Assembly (NCBI RefSeq): GCF_963921235.1 | Contig: NC_086097.1 | Location: 72,852,001-72,916,000, forward strand | Reading direction: 5' to 3' | DNA: 64,000 nt | From: Mobula hypostoma | Taxonomy: Eukaryota | Shown here: piece by piece, positions 13,255-24,748 of the stretch | How positions within the stretch are numbered: position 1 is the stretch's first letter | Layout: every line of letters starts with the position of its first letter | Notes under the pieces: generated by a model | Databases searched by the model: none | The model's input: only the letters and a program-made list of their open reading frames with translations | What the model was told of the DNA's origin: nothing | Position numbers and translations under genes: made by a program

Positions 13255-13460
13255 CACCATAGAAAATAGAACAATGCAGCAAAGTAATGCATGCTCACCT
13301 CTATAAATCTACTCCATGTGTTAATCTAACCCCTCTCTCCTACATAGCCTATAACCTTCCATTTTTCTTTCATGCACATGCCTATCTAAAAGTCTCTTAA
13401 ATGGGTAGAATGTATCAGCCTCAACCACCACCCCCAGCAGTGGATTCCAGGCACTTAGCA
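13255..13460 (-). mobile_element. older CR1 3' tail, resuming at ~17650-17790 after a nested CR1
   Basis: ...ACCACCCCCAGCAGTGGATTCCAGGCAC (13445) continues as ACCATTCTCTGTGTAAAAAA (17655), the usual CR1 3' region read on the opposite strand. Confidence 0.55.
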
Positions 13461-16400
13461 TTAGAAACAGAAAACCTACAGCACAATAGAGGCCCTTCAG
13501 CCCACAAAGCTGCGCCGAACATGTACTTACCTTAGAAATTACCGAGGGTTACTCATAGCCCTCTATATTTCTAAGCTCCATGTACCTGTCCAGGAGTCTC
13601 TTAAAAGACCCTATTGTATCCGCCTCCACCACCGTCATCGGCAGCCCATTCCACGCATTCACCGCTCTCTGCATAAAAAGACTTAACCCTGCCATCTCCT
13701 CTTTACCTACTTCCAAGCACCTTAAAACTATGCCCTCTCACGCCAGCAATTCCAGCTCTGGGAAAAAGCTTCTGACTATCCACACGATCAATGCCTTTCA
13801 TCATCTTATACACCTCTATCAGGTCACCTCTCATCCTCCGTCACTCCAAGGAAAAAAGGCCCAGTTCACTCAACCTTTTCTCATATGTCATGCTCCCCAA
13901 TTCTGGCAACATCCTTGTAAATCTCTTCTGCACCCTTTCAATGGTTTCCACATGCTTCCTACAGTGAGGCGACCAGAACTGAGCACAGTATTCTAAGTGG
14001 GGTCTGACCTGGGTCCTATACAACTGCAACATTACCTCTCAGCTCCTAAACTCAATCCCATGATTGATGAAGGTCAATGCACCGTATGCTGCCTTAACCA
14101 TAGAGTCAACCTGCACAACAGATTCTAGTGTCCTATGGACTCAGACCCCAAGATCCCTCTGATCCTCCACACTGCCAAGAGTCTTACCATTAATACTATA
14201 TTCTGTCATCATATTTGACCTACCAAAATGAACCACCTCACACTTATCTGGGTTGAAATCCATCTGCCACTTCTCAGCCCAGTTTTGCATCCTATCGATG
14301 TCCCGCTGTAACCTCTGACAGCCCCCACACTATCCACAACACCTCCAACCTCTGTGTCATCGGCAAATTTAGTAATCCATCTCTCCACTTCCTCACCAAG
14401 TCATTTATAAAAATCACGAAGAGTAGGGGTTCCAGAACAGATCACTAAGGCACACCACTAGTCACTGACCTCCAAGCAGAATATGACCCATCTACAACCA
14501 CTCTTTGCCTTCTGTGGGCAAGCCAGTTCTGGATCCACAAAGCAATGTCCTCTTGGATTCCATGCCTCCTTACTTTCTCAATAAGCCTTACATGGGGTAC
14601 CTTATCAAATGCCTTGCTGAAATGCATATACACTACATATGCTTCTCTACCTTCATCACTGTGTTTAGTCACATCCTCAAAAAATGCAATCAGGCTTGTA
14701 AGCCATGCTGACTATTCCTAATCATATTATACCTCTCCAAATGTTCATAAATCCTGCCTCTCAGGATCTCCTCCATCAAATTACCAACCACTGAAGTAAG
14801 ACTCACTGGTCTATAATTTCCTGGGCTATCTCTACTCCCTTTTTTGAATAATGGAATAACATCTACAATCCTCCATATCCTCCGGAACCTCTCCTGTCCC
14901 TATTGTTGATGCAAAGATCATCGCCAGAGGCTCAGCAATCTCCTGCCTCGCCTCCCATAGTAGCCTGGGGTACATCTCGTCTTGTCCCGGTGTCTTGTCC
15001 AGCTTTATGCTTTCCAAAAGATCCTGCACATCCTCTTTCTTAATATCTACATGCTCAAGCTTTTCAGTCCACTGTAAGTCATACCTACAATTGCCAAGAT
15101 CCTTTTCCATCGTGAATACTGAAGCAAAGTACTCATTAATTAACTCTGCTATCTCCTCCAGTTCCATACACACTTTTCCACTGTCACTGATTGGTCCTAT
15201 TCTCTCACATCTTATCCTCTTGCTCTTCACATACTTGTAGAATGCCATGGGGTTTTCTGTAATCCTGTCCACCAAGGCCTTCTCATGGCCCCTTCTGGCT
15301 CTCCTAATTTCTTTCTTAAGCTCCTTCCAGCTAGCCTTATAATCTTGTAGATCTCTATCATTATCATTACCTAGTTTTTTGAACCTTTCGTAAGCTCTTC
15401 TTTTCTACTTGGCTAGATTTACAACAGCCTTTGTACACCACGGTTCCTGTACCCTACCATCCTTTCCCTGTCTCATTGGAATGCCACGCAAATATTCCCT
15501 GAACATTTGTCAAATTTCTTCTGTACATTTTCCTGAGAATGCCTGTTCCCAATTTATACTTCCAAGTTCCTGCCTGATAGCCTCATATTTCCCCTTACTC
15601 CAATTAAACACTTTCCTAACTTGACTGTTCCTATCCCTCTCCAATGTTATGGTAGAGGAGATAGAACTGTGATCCCTATCTCCAAAATGCTCTCCCACTG
15701 AGAGATCTGATACTTGACCAGGTTCATTTCCCAATACCAGATCAAGTATAGCCTCTCCTCTTGTAGGCTTGTCTACATATTGTGTCAGGAAACCTTCCAG
15801 AGCACACCTAACAAACTCCACCCCATTTAAACTCCTCGCTCTAGGGACATGCTAATTGATATTTGGGGAATTAAAATCTCCCACCACAACAACTCTGTTA
15901 TTATTACACCCTTCCAGAATCAGTCTCCCGATCTGCTCCTCGATGTCCCTGTTACCATTAGGTGGCTTATAAAAAAAAGCACCCAGAAGAGTTAATGACC
16001 CCTTCCTATTTCTAACTTCCACCCACAGAGAGTCCCATAGACAATCCCTCCTTGACTTCTTCCTTTTCTGCAGCCGTGACACTATCTCTGATCAACAGTG
16101 TCATGCCCCCACCTCTTTTGCCTCCCTTCCTGTCCTTTCTGAAACATCTAAAGCCTGGCACTCAAAGTAACCATTCCTGCCCCTGAGCCATCCAAGTCTC
16201 TGTAATGGCCACAACGTCATAGCTCCAAGTACTGATCCATGCTCCAAGTTCATACACTTTGTTCATAATACTCCTTGCATTAAAATATAAAAATCTCAAA
16301 CCATCTGTCTGAGTGCGTCCCTTCTCTATCACCTGCCTATCCTCCCTCTCGCACTGTCTCCAAGCTTTCTCTATTTGTGAGCCAACCGCCTCTTCCTCTG

Positions 16401-17642
16401 TCTCTTCAGTTTAGTTCCCACCCCCTAGCAATCCTACTTTAAACTCTCCCAAATAACCTTAGCAAATCTCTCCGCCAGGATATTGGTCCCCTGGGATTCA
16501 GGTGCAACTCGTCCTTTTTGTACAGGTCACTCCTGCCCCAAAAGAGTCCCCAGTGATCCAGAAATCTGAATCCCTGCTCCCTGCTCCAATCCCTCAGCCA
16601 CGCATTTATCCTCCACCTCACTCTATTCCAATACTCACTGTCACATGGCACAGGCAGTAATCCTGAGTTGACTACCTTTGTGGTCCTGCTTCTCAACTTC
16701 TGTCCTAACTCCCTGCAGACCTCCTCCCTTTTCCTGCCTATGTCATTGGTACCAATATGTACCACGACCTATGGCTGTTCTCCTTACCATTCTGGATATC
16801 ATGGATGCGATCAGAAACATCCTGGACCCTGGCACCTGGGAGGCAAACTACCATCTGTGTTTCTTTCCTGCATCCACAGAATCGCCTGCCTGACCCCCGA
16901 ACTATAGAGTCCCCTATCACTGCTGCCATCCTCTTTCTTTCCCTATCCTTCTGAGCCACAGGGCCAGGCCAGACTCAGTAACACTGTTGCTTCCCCCAGG
17001 TAGGCCGTTCGCCCCAACAGTACTCAAGCAGGAGTACTTATTGTCAAGGGGTACAGCCACAGAGGTACTCTCTAGCATCTGACTCCTGCCCTTCCCTCTC
17101 CTGACTGTTACCCACTTATCTGTCTCCCCAGGCCCCAGTGTGACTACCTGCCTATAGCTCCTTTCTCTCACCTCCTCACTCTCCCTGACTAGATGAAGGT
17201 CATCAAGCTGCATCTCCTGTTCCCTAACATGGTCCCTTAAGAGCTGCAGCTCGATGTACCTGGTGCAGATGTGGCCGTCCGGGAGGCTGAGAGACTCCAG
17301 GACTTCCCTCATCTGACACTAAGCACAGGACACCGGCCTCACACGCATTCTTCCTACCTGGCCTCAACCCATTTTCACCAAAGCCCTGTTGAGCCAAAGC
17401 CTTTCGACTCTGTCTTCCTCTTCTCAGTCGCCCGCTCCTCCGGTGCCTGCTCTATAAGGTGTCTCCTTTTAAACTCTTCTCTCTGTTCTCACTGGCTGAC
17501 ATCCATGCGCTTATGCAGTCGTGCCCCGATCAAACCGCTGAAGAAATAACCGTCTCCCTTTAAACTTTTCTTGCTGTTCTCACTGGCTGACATCCATGCG
17601 CTTGTGCAGTCATGCCCCGATCAAACCGCTGAAGAAATAACC
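13461..17642 (-). mobile_element. near full-length CR1 LINE, decayed
   Basis: ORF1: HICTRY, AAVIGDSIVRG, CLPGARVQDV, VHIGTNDIG, DELHLN (SGNH esterase). ORF2: VVVGDFNSP, PTRGEAILDLVL, TPGQDEMYPRLL, FSKAFDKVPH, RPHLEYCAQFWSP. Confidence 0.92.
17461..17642. repeat. tandem duplication of a 91-bp unit at the CR1 5' end
   Basis: GTCTCC...CTGTTCTCACTGGCTGACATCCATGCGCTT...CCCCGATCAAACCGCTGAAGAAATAACC occurs at 17461-17551 and 17552-17642. Confidence 0.9.
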
Positions 17643-18503
17643 TTCATCGAGCTAACCATTCTCTGTGTAAAAAACCAGTATTGCCTCTGATATCACCGCT
17701 AAATTTTCCTCCAGTCACCTTAAAAAGAATGTCTTCTGGGATAAGGAATTGCTGCCATGGGATAATGATGCTGGCTGCCTACTCTACCTCTGACAGACTA
17801 TCCAATGTATTTCTTCTTGCCAATTTATAGCAGCTTCTGCAGTCTGCTTTTTATTTTCTGTGAAAGTTTGAAACGAATAAAAGTCTGAATGTAGTGGTTA
17901 TGTTCCCAGACCATGGTGGCTCTGGACTTTAAAACACCAACATTGACAGAAGGTCATGGAAAAGGCCAGCAGCAGCTCGAAATTTATCACCATGTTTCCA
18001 GATAAAGGAATACAAAGTGAATGCCTCAAATGATTTTGTGGCATTCCTAATATGCATTACGAAGTGACTGTCTGGGCCATGATCTTGGCTACTATTCTTT
18101 TGTCAATTAGTTGGCAGAGCTTCTCCACTACATTTTGTTTTGATCATCCACAACCTTTACAATACAGAGCTGAGAGTGCTTGGACAATGCTCAGGCTCTC
18201 TGAGTTCTTGGGGAAGGGATGTGTCATATCTTATGAGGGCTTTATCCAGGATGCAAGGCAAACCTTTTTCTTTCAAGATAAGTACAGTTTTTCTGCAATT
18301 CCAGCAAGCATTTATCAGGGGCTCACCAGACAGCATACCATTAAGTAATGCATGTCCAACAATCTTGCCTGATGTGGGTAAAGGGTCATTTTAACTTGAA
18401 AACCACAGCAAAACTGCAAATGCTAGAAATTTGAATTAAAAGCAAAAAGTAATGCAAATATTGGTCATGTTAGGCAACATCTGTGAAGAGGGCAACAGTT
18501 AAT

Positions 18504-20795
18504 TGTTACGCTTTGTAGTTTCAAAACGTTAAACTATTTAAAAGGAAAAGACAGAGAGTCCGAAATGCAAGTCTTAATTTGATCTTTTCTTTAAGTGAAG
18601 CATGCACATATTATGTGGTAGTTTGATGACGTATGCAATTCACGGATTCTTACACATAATCCATAATGAATTATTTAAATGAACAGGAGTGCTCAATCAA
18701 ACAATAATTATACAACATTACTCAAATTACTGAATTACTAAATTATGAATGACTGAAACTGCTGCTCCAGTATCCAATTCCACTTTAATTAATCTGACAT
18801 TCACTTCTGATGTAAGCTTATCTATTTTCACCTTGTAAATTTCAAGACTACTCAGTTCCGTGTCACCCTCATCGTTATCAGATTTTTCATCAACAGCATG
18901 CAACTTAGTGCGCTTGTCAAAACTGCATCTTGACTTTTTTTTTCTCTTCTCTGTGCAGTCCATTCATTCTTGTCTGCCTGGCATACTCTCTGTACATGTC
19001 TTCTTTGTTTTATTTTCTACAAGTTTTGCCTGTAAACCTGCAATGGTCTGGTATATATACGAGTCCCTGCCACAACAGTAACACAATTTGTTCGGCCAGA
19101 CCAGTTTCTGTTTAGATTTTGTTCATACTCACTTCCATTTCTGACTGCAAATCAATTGTATCTCTGTCTGCAGTTTCCTTTGATACACCTATTTCAACTT
19201 CTCTTTTAAATGTGTGTTGTGTTTCAGTTAGACACTATTTTGAATGCTGTGTTGTAATATTCCACAAACTAAACAATCTCTTTATTATCATTAAGCATTA
19301 ACAAACTGACAATGCTTAATCTCTTCAATTTAGCCACATATGCTGAAATGGACTCCCCTTCTTTTTGATTTTGCTTATAAAACCTAAAGCATTCTGCAAT
19401 CAACAATGGGTTCAGTTCTAAATGTTCCTACATTACTTTTATAATATCAGCAAAGCTAATTTCTGCCGGTTTTGATTGGAGCATTGAAGCAAACTGGATG
19501 CTTTTAAACTGAATGAAGTCAGCAAAATTGGTACTTGTTTCTCATTGGCTATTTCATTTGCTTCAAAATACTGTTTAATTAGTTCAGTATATATTAGCCA
19601 GTTAGCCATTGAGCAATCAAGCACATCTATTTTTCCAATGTAGCCACCCATTTCTGAGTATTTAATGATTATTATCACCGGAGAACTATGAACCTGAGAA
19701 TTTCTTCCTTTTTCTGCCTTTTTTAAAAACTCAACTGTTTCTGCATGTGCTGATCTGTCCTGGGACCCCTGCTCTTTGTGATTTTAATAAATGACCTGGA
19801 TGAAGAGGCGGAAGGATGGGTGAGTAAGTTTGCGGATGACACGAAGATTGGAGGAGTTGTGGATGGAGCTGTAGGTTGTCAAAGGTTACAAGAGGATGTA
19901 GACAGGATGCAGAGTTGGGCAGAAAAGTGGCAGATGGAGTTCAATCCGGATAAGTGCGAGGTGATGCATTTTGGAAGGACAAACCAGAAGGCTGAGTACA
20001 GGGTTAATGGTCAGAGGAACCTTGGGGTTCAAATCCATACATCCCTCAAGGTCACTGCACAGGTTGCTAGGATAGTTAAGAAGGCCTATGGGATGCTGGG
20101 CTTCATGAATAAGGGGATTGAGTTCAAGAGTAGAGAGGTCATGTTGCAACTCTACAAATCTCTGGTGAGACCACACAGAGTATTGTGTTCAGTTCTGGTC
20201 ATCTCATTATAGGAAGGATGTGGAAGCTAAGGAGAGGGTGCAGAGGAGATTTACCAGGATGTTGCCTGGATTGGGAAACAAGACTTATGAGATAAGGTTA
20301 GCAGAGCTGGGACTTTTCTCTTTGGAGCGTAGAAGGATGAGAGGGGACTTGATAGAGGTCTACAAGATTAGGAGAAGCATAGATAGGGTGGAAAGCCAGT
20401 ACCTGTTTCCTAGGGCATGAATAGCAAACACCAGAGGGCATGTCTACAAAGTTAAGAGAGGGAAGTTTAGGGGAGACATCAGGGGTAAGTTTTTTTTACA
20501 CAGAGGGTTGTGGGTGCCTGGAGTGACTTGCCAGGGATGGTGGTGGAGGCTAAAACATTAGGGGCATTTAAGAGTCTCTTGGACAGGCACATGGATGAAA
20601 GAAAAATAGAGGGTTACGGGGTAGTGTGGGTTTAACACTTTCTTTTAAGGAATATATGGGTCAGCACAATATCGAGAGCCAAAGGGCCTGTACTGTGCTG
20701 TAGTATCCTAGAGTCTAGTGTCTAATGTGGTAGCATGATTATATATATATACACACACACACGATTACTCTAATATTTCTGAAATAAATATTAAT
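18504..20795 (-). mobile_element. decayed Ty3/Gypsy LTR element (gag-protease remnant), split by a CR1
   Basis: Gag N-terminus GKIDVLD...NWLIYTELIKQYFEANEI (19439-19678), knuckle CYCCGR (~19070) and protease IKVELDTGAAVSVI (~18750-18790). LTR-like segment starts TGTTAC at 18504, with related sequence at ~20722-20795. Confidence 0.7.
19750..20722 (+). mobile_element. 5'-truncated CR1 LINE
   Basis: SVLGPLLF, SKFADDTKIGG, WQMEFNPDKC, LERRRMRGDLIEVYKI; short tandem tail TCTAGTGTCTA at ~20710. Confidence 0.9.
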
Positions 20796-20984
20796 GTTTC
20801 AGTTTGACGACTCGAGAATTGTAGAGTCATAGAACACAACAGCATAGGATGAGCTCCTTTGGCCATTCTAATCTGTGCTGATCTATTAATCTGCCTAGTC
20901 AAATAGACCTGCACCCGAACCATAGGCTTCCATATCCCTCTCATCCATGTATCTATCCAGATTTCTCTTAAATGTTGAAATGAC

Positions 20985-21633
20985 AATTTGCTGTCTCTGA
21001 GGGAGTTCAGTGACGCTGGGAGCAAAGTGTGCGGCCTGGAGACCTGGAGGCAGAATGCGAGCCCCTGATCGGCTCCATTGCTTCTCTCTGATTGAGGTGT
21101 TGAGCAAGACTGAAGTCCACGAGGGTGAGAGTGGAGGGCGGGTGAGTGCTCGGCACCATCTGCCTGCACCTGACCGGCCTTTCCTCTCTTCTCGATAGCT
21201 GCTGTTGGAGGAAAGTGCAGGAGTCTTGGGTTCCACATTGCAAGGATTGATTGGTGATGCTTGTGTCTGTGGACTCATTTTGGGGGACTTTGAGGTTCAT
21301 GTTGCATGTACTTCTGTTTTCTGGTGATTCTTCTTTTTTGCTGTTTTTGAGCAGTTTAATCGGGGCGCACCAGTGAAGACTGGACTTGCAGTCTGCAAGT
21401 GGTTAGCAGCGCAGCACTGAAGTAAATGGAATACTCCTGGACTCTTGGCTTGACGTTTGATATTCTATGTGCTCTTCACTTGCTTTTTGCGGTTTGCATG
21501 ATTTGTTCTTTTCCCAGGCATTGGGTGTTTGGTGTTTTGATTGAATGGGTTCCATGGCATTTCTGTACTTTGTGACTGCCTGCAGGAGGACAAATCTCAG
21601 AATTGTGTTCTGATATATGTACTTTGAATCTTT
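20985..21633 (+). mobile_element. non-autonomous LINE-tail element inserted in CR1 3' region
   Basis: Ends ...CAGGAGGACAAATCTCAGAATTGTG...TACTTTGAATCTTT; the flanking CR1 sequence (GTTGAAAT | CGACTCCGCATCCACC) rejoins across it. Confidence 0.55.
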
Positions 21634-23439
21634 AAAATCGACTCCGCATCCACCACTTACACTGACAACTTGTTCCACACTGTCACCATCCTCTGAGTGA
21701 CGAATCTCCCCTCTTGTTCCCCTTAAACATTTCACCTTTCACCCTTAACCCATGATCTCTAGTTGTATTCCCACCCAACCTCAATGGTAAAGGCCTGCTT
21801 GCATTTACTTTACGTATAGCCCTCACAATTTTGTAAAACTCTATCAAATCTCTTGTCAACTTTTGACATTCCAGGGAACAAAATAGTAATTTATTCAACT
21901 TTTCCCTTTAACTCAAGTTCTCAAGTCCCAATAAAATTCTTGTAAATTTTCTCCGTACTCTTTCAATCTTATTTCTGGTTTTCCTGTAGGTGGGTGAGAA
22001 AAACTGAACACAATGCTCCAAATTAGACCTTACCAATGTTGTATACAATTTCAAGATAATATCCCAACTCCTATATTCAATACATTGATTAACGAAGGCC
22101 AATATGTCAAAAGCTTTCTTTACAACCCTATCTACGTGTGACGCCACTTTCAATGAATTATGGATCTGTGTTCCCAGATTCCACTGTTCTACTGCACTCC
22201 TCAATGCCTATCACTCACTATGTAAAACCTACCCTGGTTGGTCCTCCTAAAGTGCATCACCTCACACTTGTCTGCATTAAATTCCATTGGCTATTTTTTA
22301 GCCCATCTTTTCAGCTGGTCCTGATCCTGCTGCAAGCTTTGATAGTATTCCTCACTGTCCACTACACCCCCAATCTTGGTGTCATCCATAAATTTGTTGA
22401 TCCAGTTTGTCATATTATTATCCAGATCATTAATATGGATGACAAACAGCAAGAGACGAGACCCAGCACCAATCCCTGAAGCATACCACTAGTCACAGTT
22501 CCGAGAGGCAACCATCTACAACTAATCTCTGGCTTCTTTTACGAAGCCAATGTTTAATCAAATTTACTACTTCATTTGAATGACAAACAATTGAGCATTC
22601 TTGGCCAATGGGACCTTGTCAAATCCCTTGATAAAATCCATGTAGACAACATTCACTGCCTTTCCTGGTAACTTACTTGAAAAATTCTACAAGATTGGTT
22701 AGACGTGATTTACCACGCAAAAAGCCATGTTGTCTGTTCCTAATCAGCCCCTGTCTATCTGATTACTTATATATCCGATCCCTTAGAATACCTTCCAATA
22801 ACTTTCCCACCACTGATGTCAGACTCACTAGTCTATTCATAGAACTATTCTAAAGCAGTGGAACAAAACTGGCTATCTACAATCCTCTGGCGCCTCACTC
22901 ATGGCTAACGATGTTTTAAATATCCCTGCTAGAGCCCCTGCATATTCCACACTAGCCTCCCACATTACCTGGCCCTGGGGATTTATCCACCCAAATTTGC
23001 CTCAAGACAGCAAACACCTCCTCTTCTGTAAACTGTTTAGTGTCCATGACCTCGTTGCTACATTGCCTCACATCTATAGGCTCTGATTCCATCTCTAGAG
23101 CAAAAAAATAATTTCAGATTTCCACCCACTTATTTCAGTTCCACACATAGATTACTACTCTGATATCCTAGAGATCCAATTTTGTTCCCTGCAATCTTTT
23201 TGCTCTTAGTTTTCAGTACCTGTAGAAGTCTTTAGGATTCTCCTTCACCTTGCCTGCTAGGGTAACGTCATGTCTTCTTCTAGCCCCCCTAATATTCTTC
23301 TTAAGTGCTCTCTTGCATTTCTTATTCTCCTCCAGTACCTGATTTATTCCTGCCTGCCTACTCCTGCTATGAACTTCCTCCTTTTTTTTAACCAGGGCCT
23401 CAATATCACTCAAAAACAAAGGTTCCCTAAACCTGTTGT

Positions 23440-23665
23440 CCTTGTTATTGTGGCTGTTTTTTGTTGTGGGTGAGCAGGGATTTTGGGGTCCATGAGTTTA
23501 GTTTTGTTTCTTTTCTCTTTCATACCGGTTGGGGAGGTGGGGTGGGGTTGATTTCTTTCATCAGCACCCATGGTCTTTATGTGTTTAATGGCTATGTGGA
23601 GCAGAGAACATCAGAGTTGGATTATACATGCTTACTTTGACAATGAAATGAACCTTTGAACCTTT
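23440..23665 (+). mobile_element. short L2/Rex1-type 3' tail fragment
   Basis: Ends TACTTTGACAATGAAATGAACCTTTGAACCTTTG, the same tail family as other fragments in the window. Confidence 0.5.
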
Positions 23666-23739
23666 GCCTTTTATTTTGACAGGAACATACAAATTTGCTA
23701 CTCTCAGAATTTCATCTTTAAAGTCCTTCCAGTTACCAA

Positions 23740-24576
23740 TGTTACGTACCCCGTAACTGGGTTGCCAAACCAGCAGAAATGGATCACTCAGTTGGAGTCT
23801 GGAGTACTAGAACTAAGAAAGTTTTATTAAAGAAACAAGCAACACAGTAATCGAAAGGATAATAAATGCAACAATTCAACAATGATAACCACACATGTGC
23901 ACAGAATTAAGATAACAGCATCAATCAAGCTCTATCGTTGTCTAGGGGTAAATGACCAATTTCAAAATGACTCAAAGTTCAGTTCGCAGTAATCGTTGCC
24001 ATGGCGATGGACAAGGTGGGGGAAGAGAGACAGAGAGAACAACTCATCATTCAGCACAGCTTCACTCACAGACCAGCGGGATGGCTCACAACCAGCTTTT
24101 GGGCAGGTCCTTGGTGATGTCACCTGAGGTCACCGACTGTGACCCCTCCTCCAGATGCGGTCGATCCTCTGCAGTGAACCCGGCACCCAGGCAAGGGCGG
24201 ACACACACCGGGTTCCCGCTGATCGTACATTTCCACCCTTGTCGTTGTCTGGGACTTCTCACCCACTCGTGAGAAGCGCACCGCTTCCAGGGTCTCGTTA
24301 CCTCGGGTGGCGTGTGTCTGTCTTAGCGAACCTGTCCCTTTTTATCCCCCTGCTGGGGTATCGCCTGTCCATCACTTCAAACAGTTCAGGGTTCAAAGGA
24401 GGGGAGCCGCTCCAGACAGCTCTTCCTCCCACATCCCTTCATTACACATCTCCAGACGCTGCTCCATTGTTCCTTATCTCTCCTTCCCCTGAGGGCAGGT
24501 GGCAGACCAACTGCTGATGCCACTGATGCTAGCCCAGGCCAGCAAACATCTTAATTTTATGTGTATTCTCGTAACA
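23740..24576 (-). repeat. 3' LTR
   Basis: Direct repeat of 27689-28525 (offset 3949), TG...CA ends. The only difference I found is 24229 A versus 28178 C. Confidence 0.95.
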
Positions 24577-24589
24577 CTTCCCCCCTTTA
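24577..24589 (-). promoter_or_regulatory. polypurine tract
   Basis: Minus strand reads AAAGGGGGGAAG immediately before the 3' LTR. Confidence 0.85.
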
Positions 24590-24748
24590 AGGATTTTTAC
24601 CGGGAGGTAAAAATTACAAACATGACTACATTATCTGATACATACACAATATACATCTTTAACAGTTATTTAGCTAATACGGAGAATTTGAAGCTGTCAA
24701 CACCTTGACAGACAGTCATCACATTTTCTGTTCCTTTTACACGTGTTA

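Noticed and set aside
23952..24517. Plus-strand ORFs of 106/120/61 aa, duplicated at 27901-28466
   Set aside because: They lie inside the LTRs, antisense to the element, with no recognisable motifs; the duplication just reflects the LTRs.
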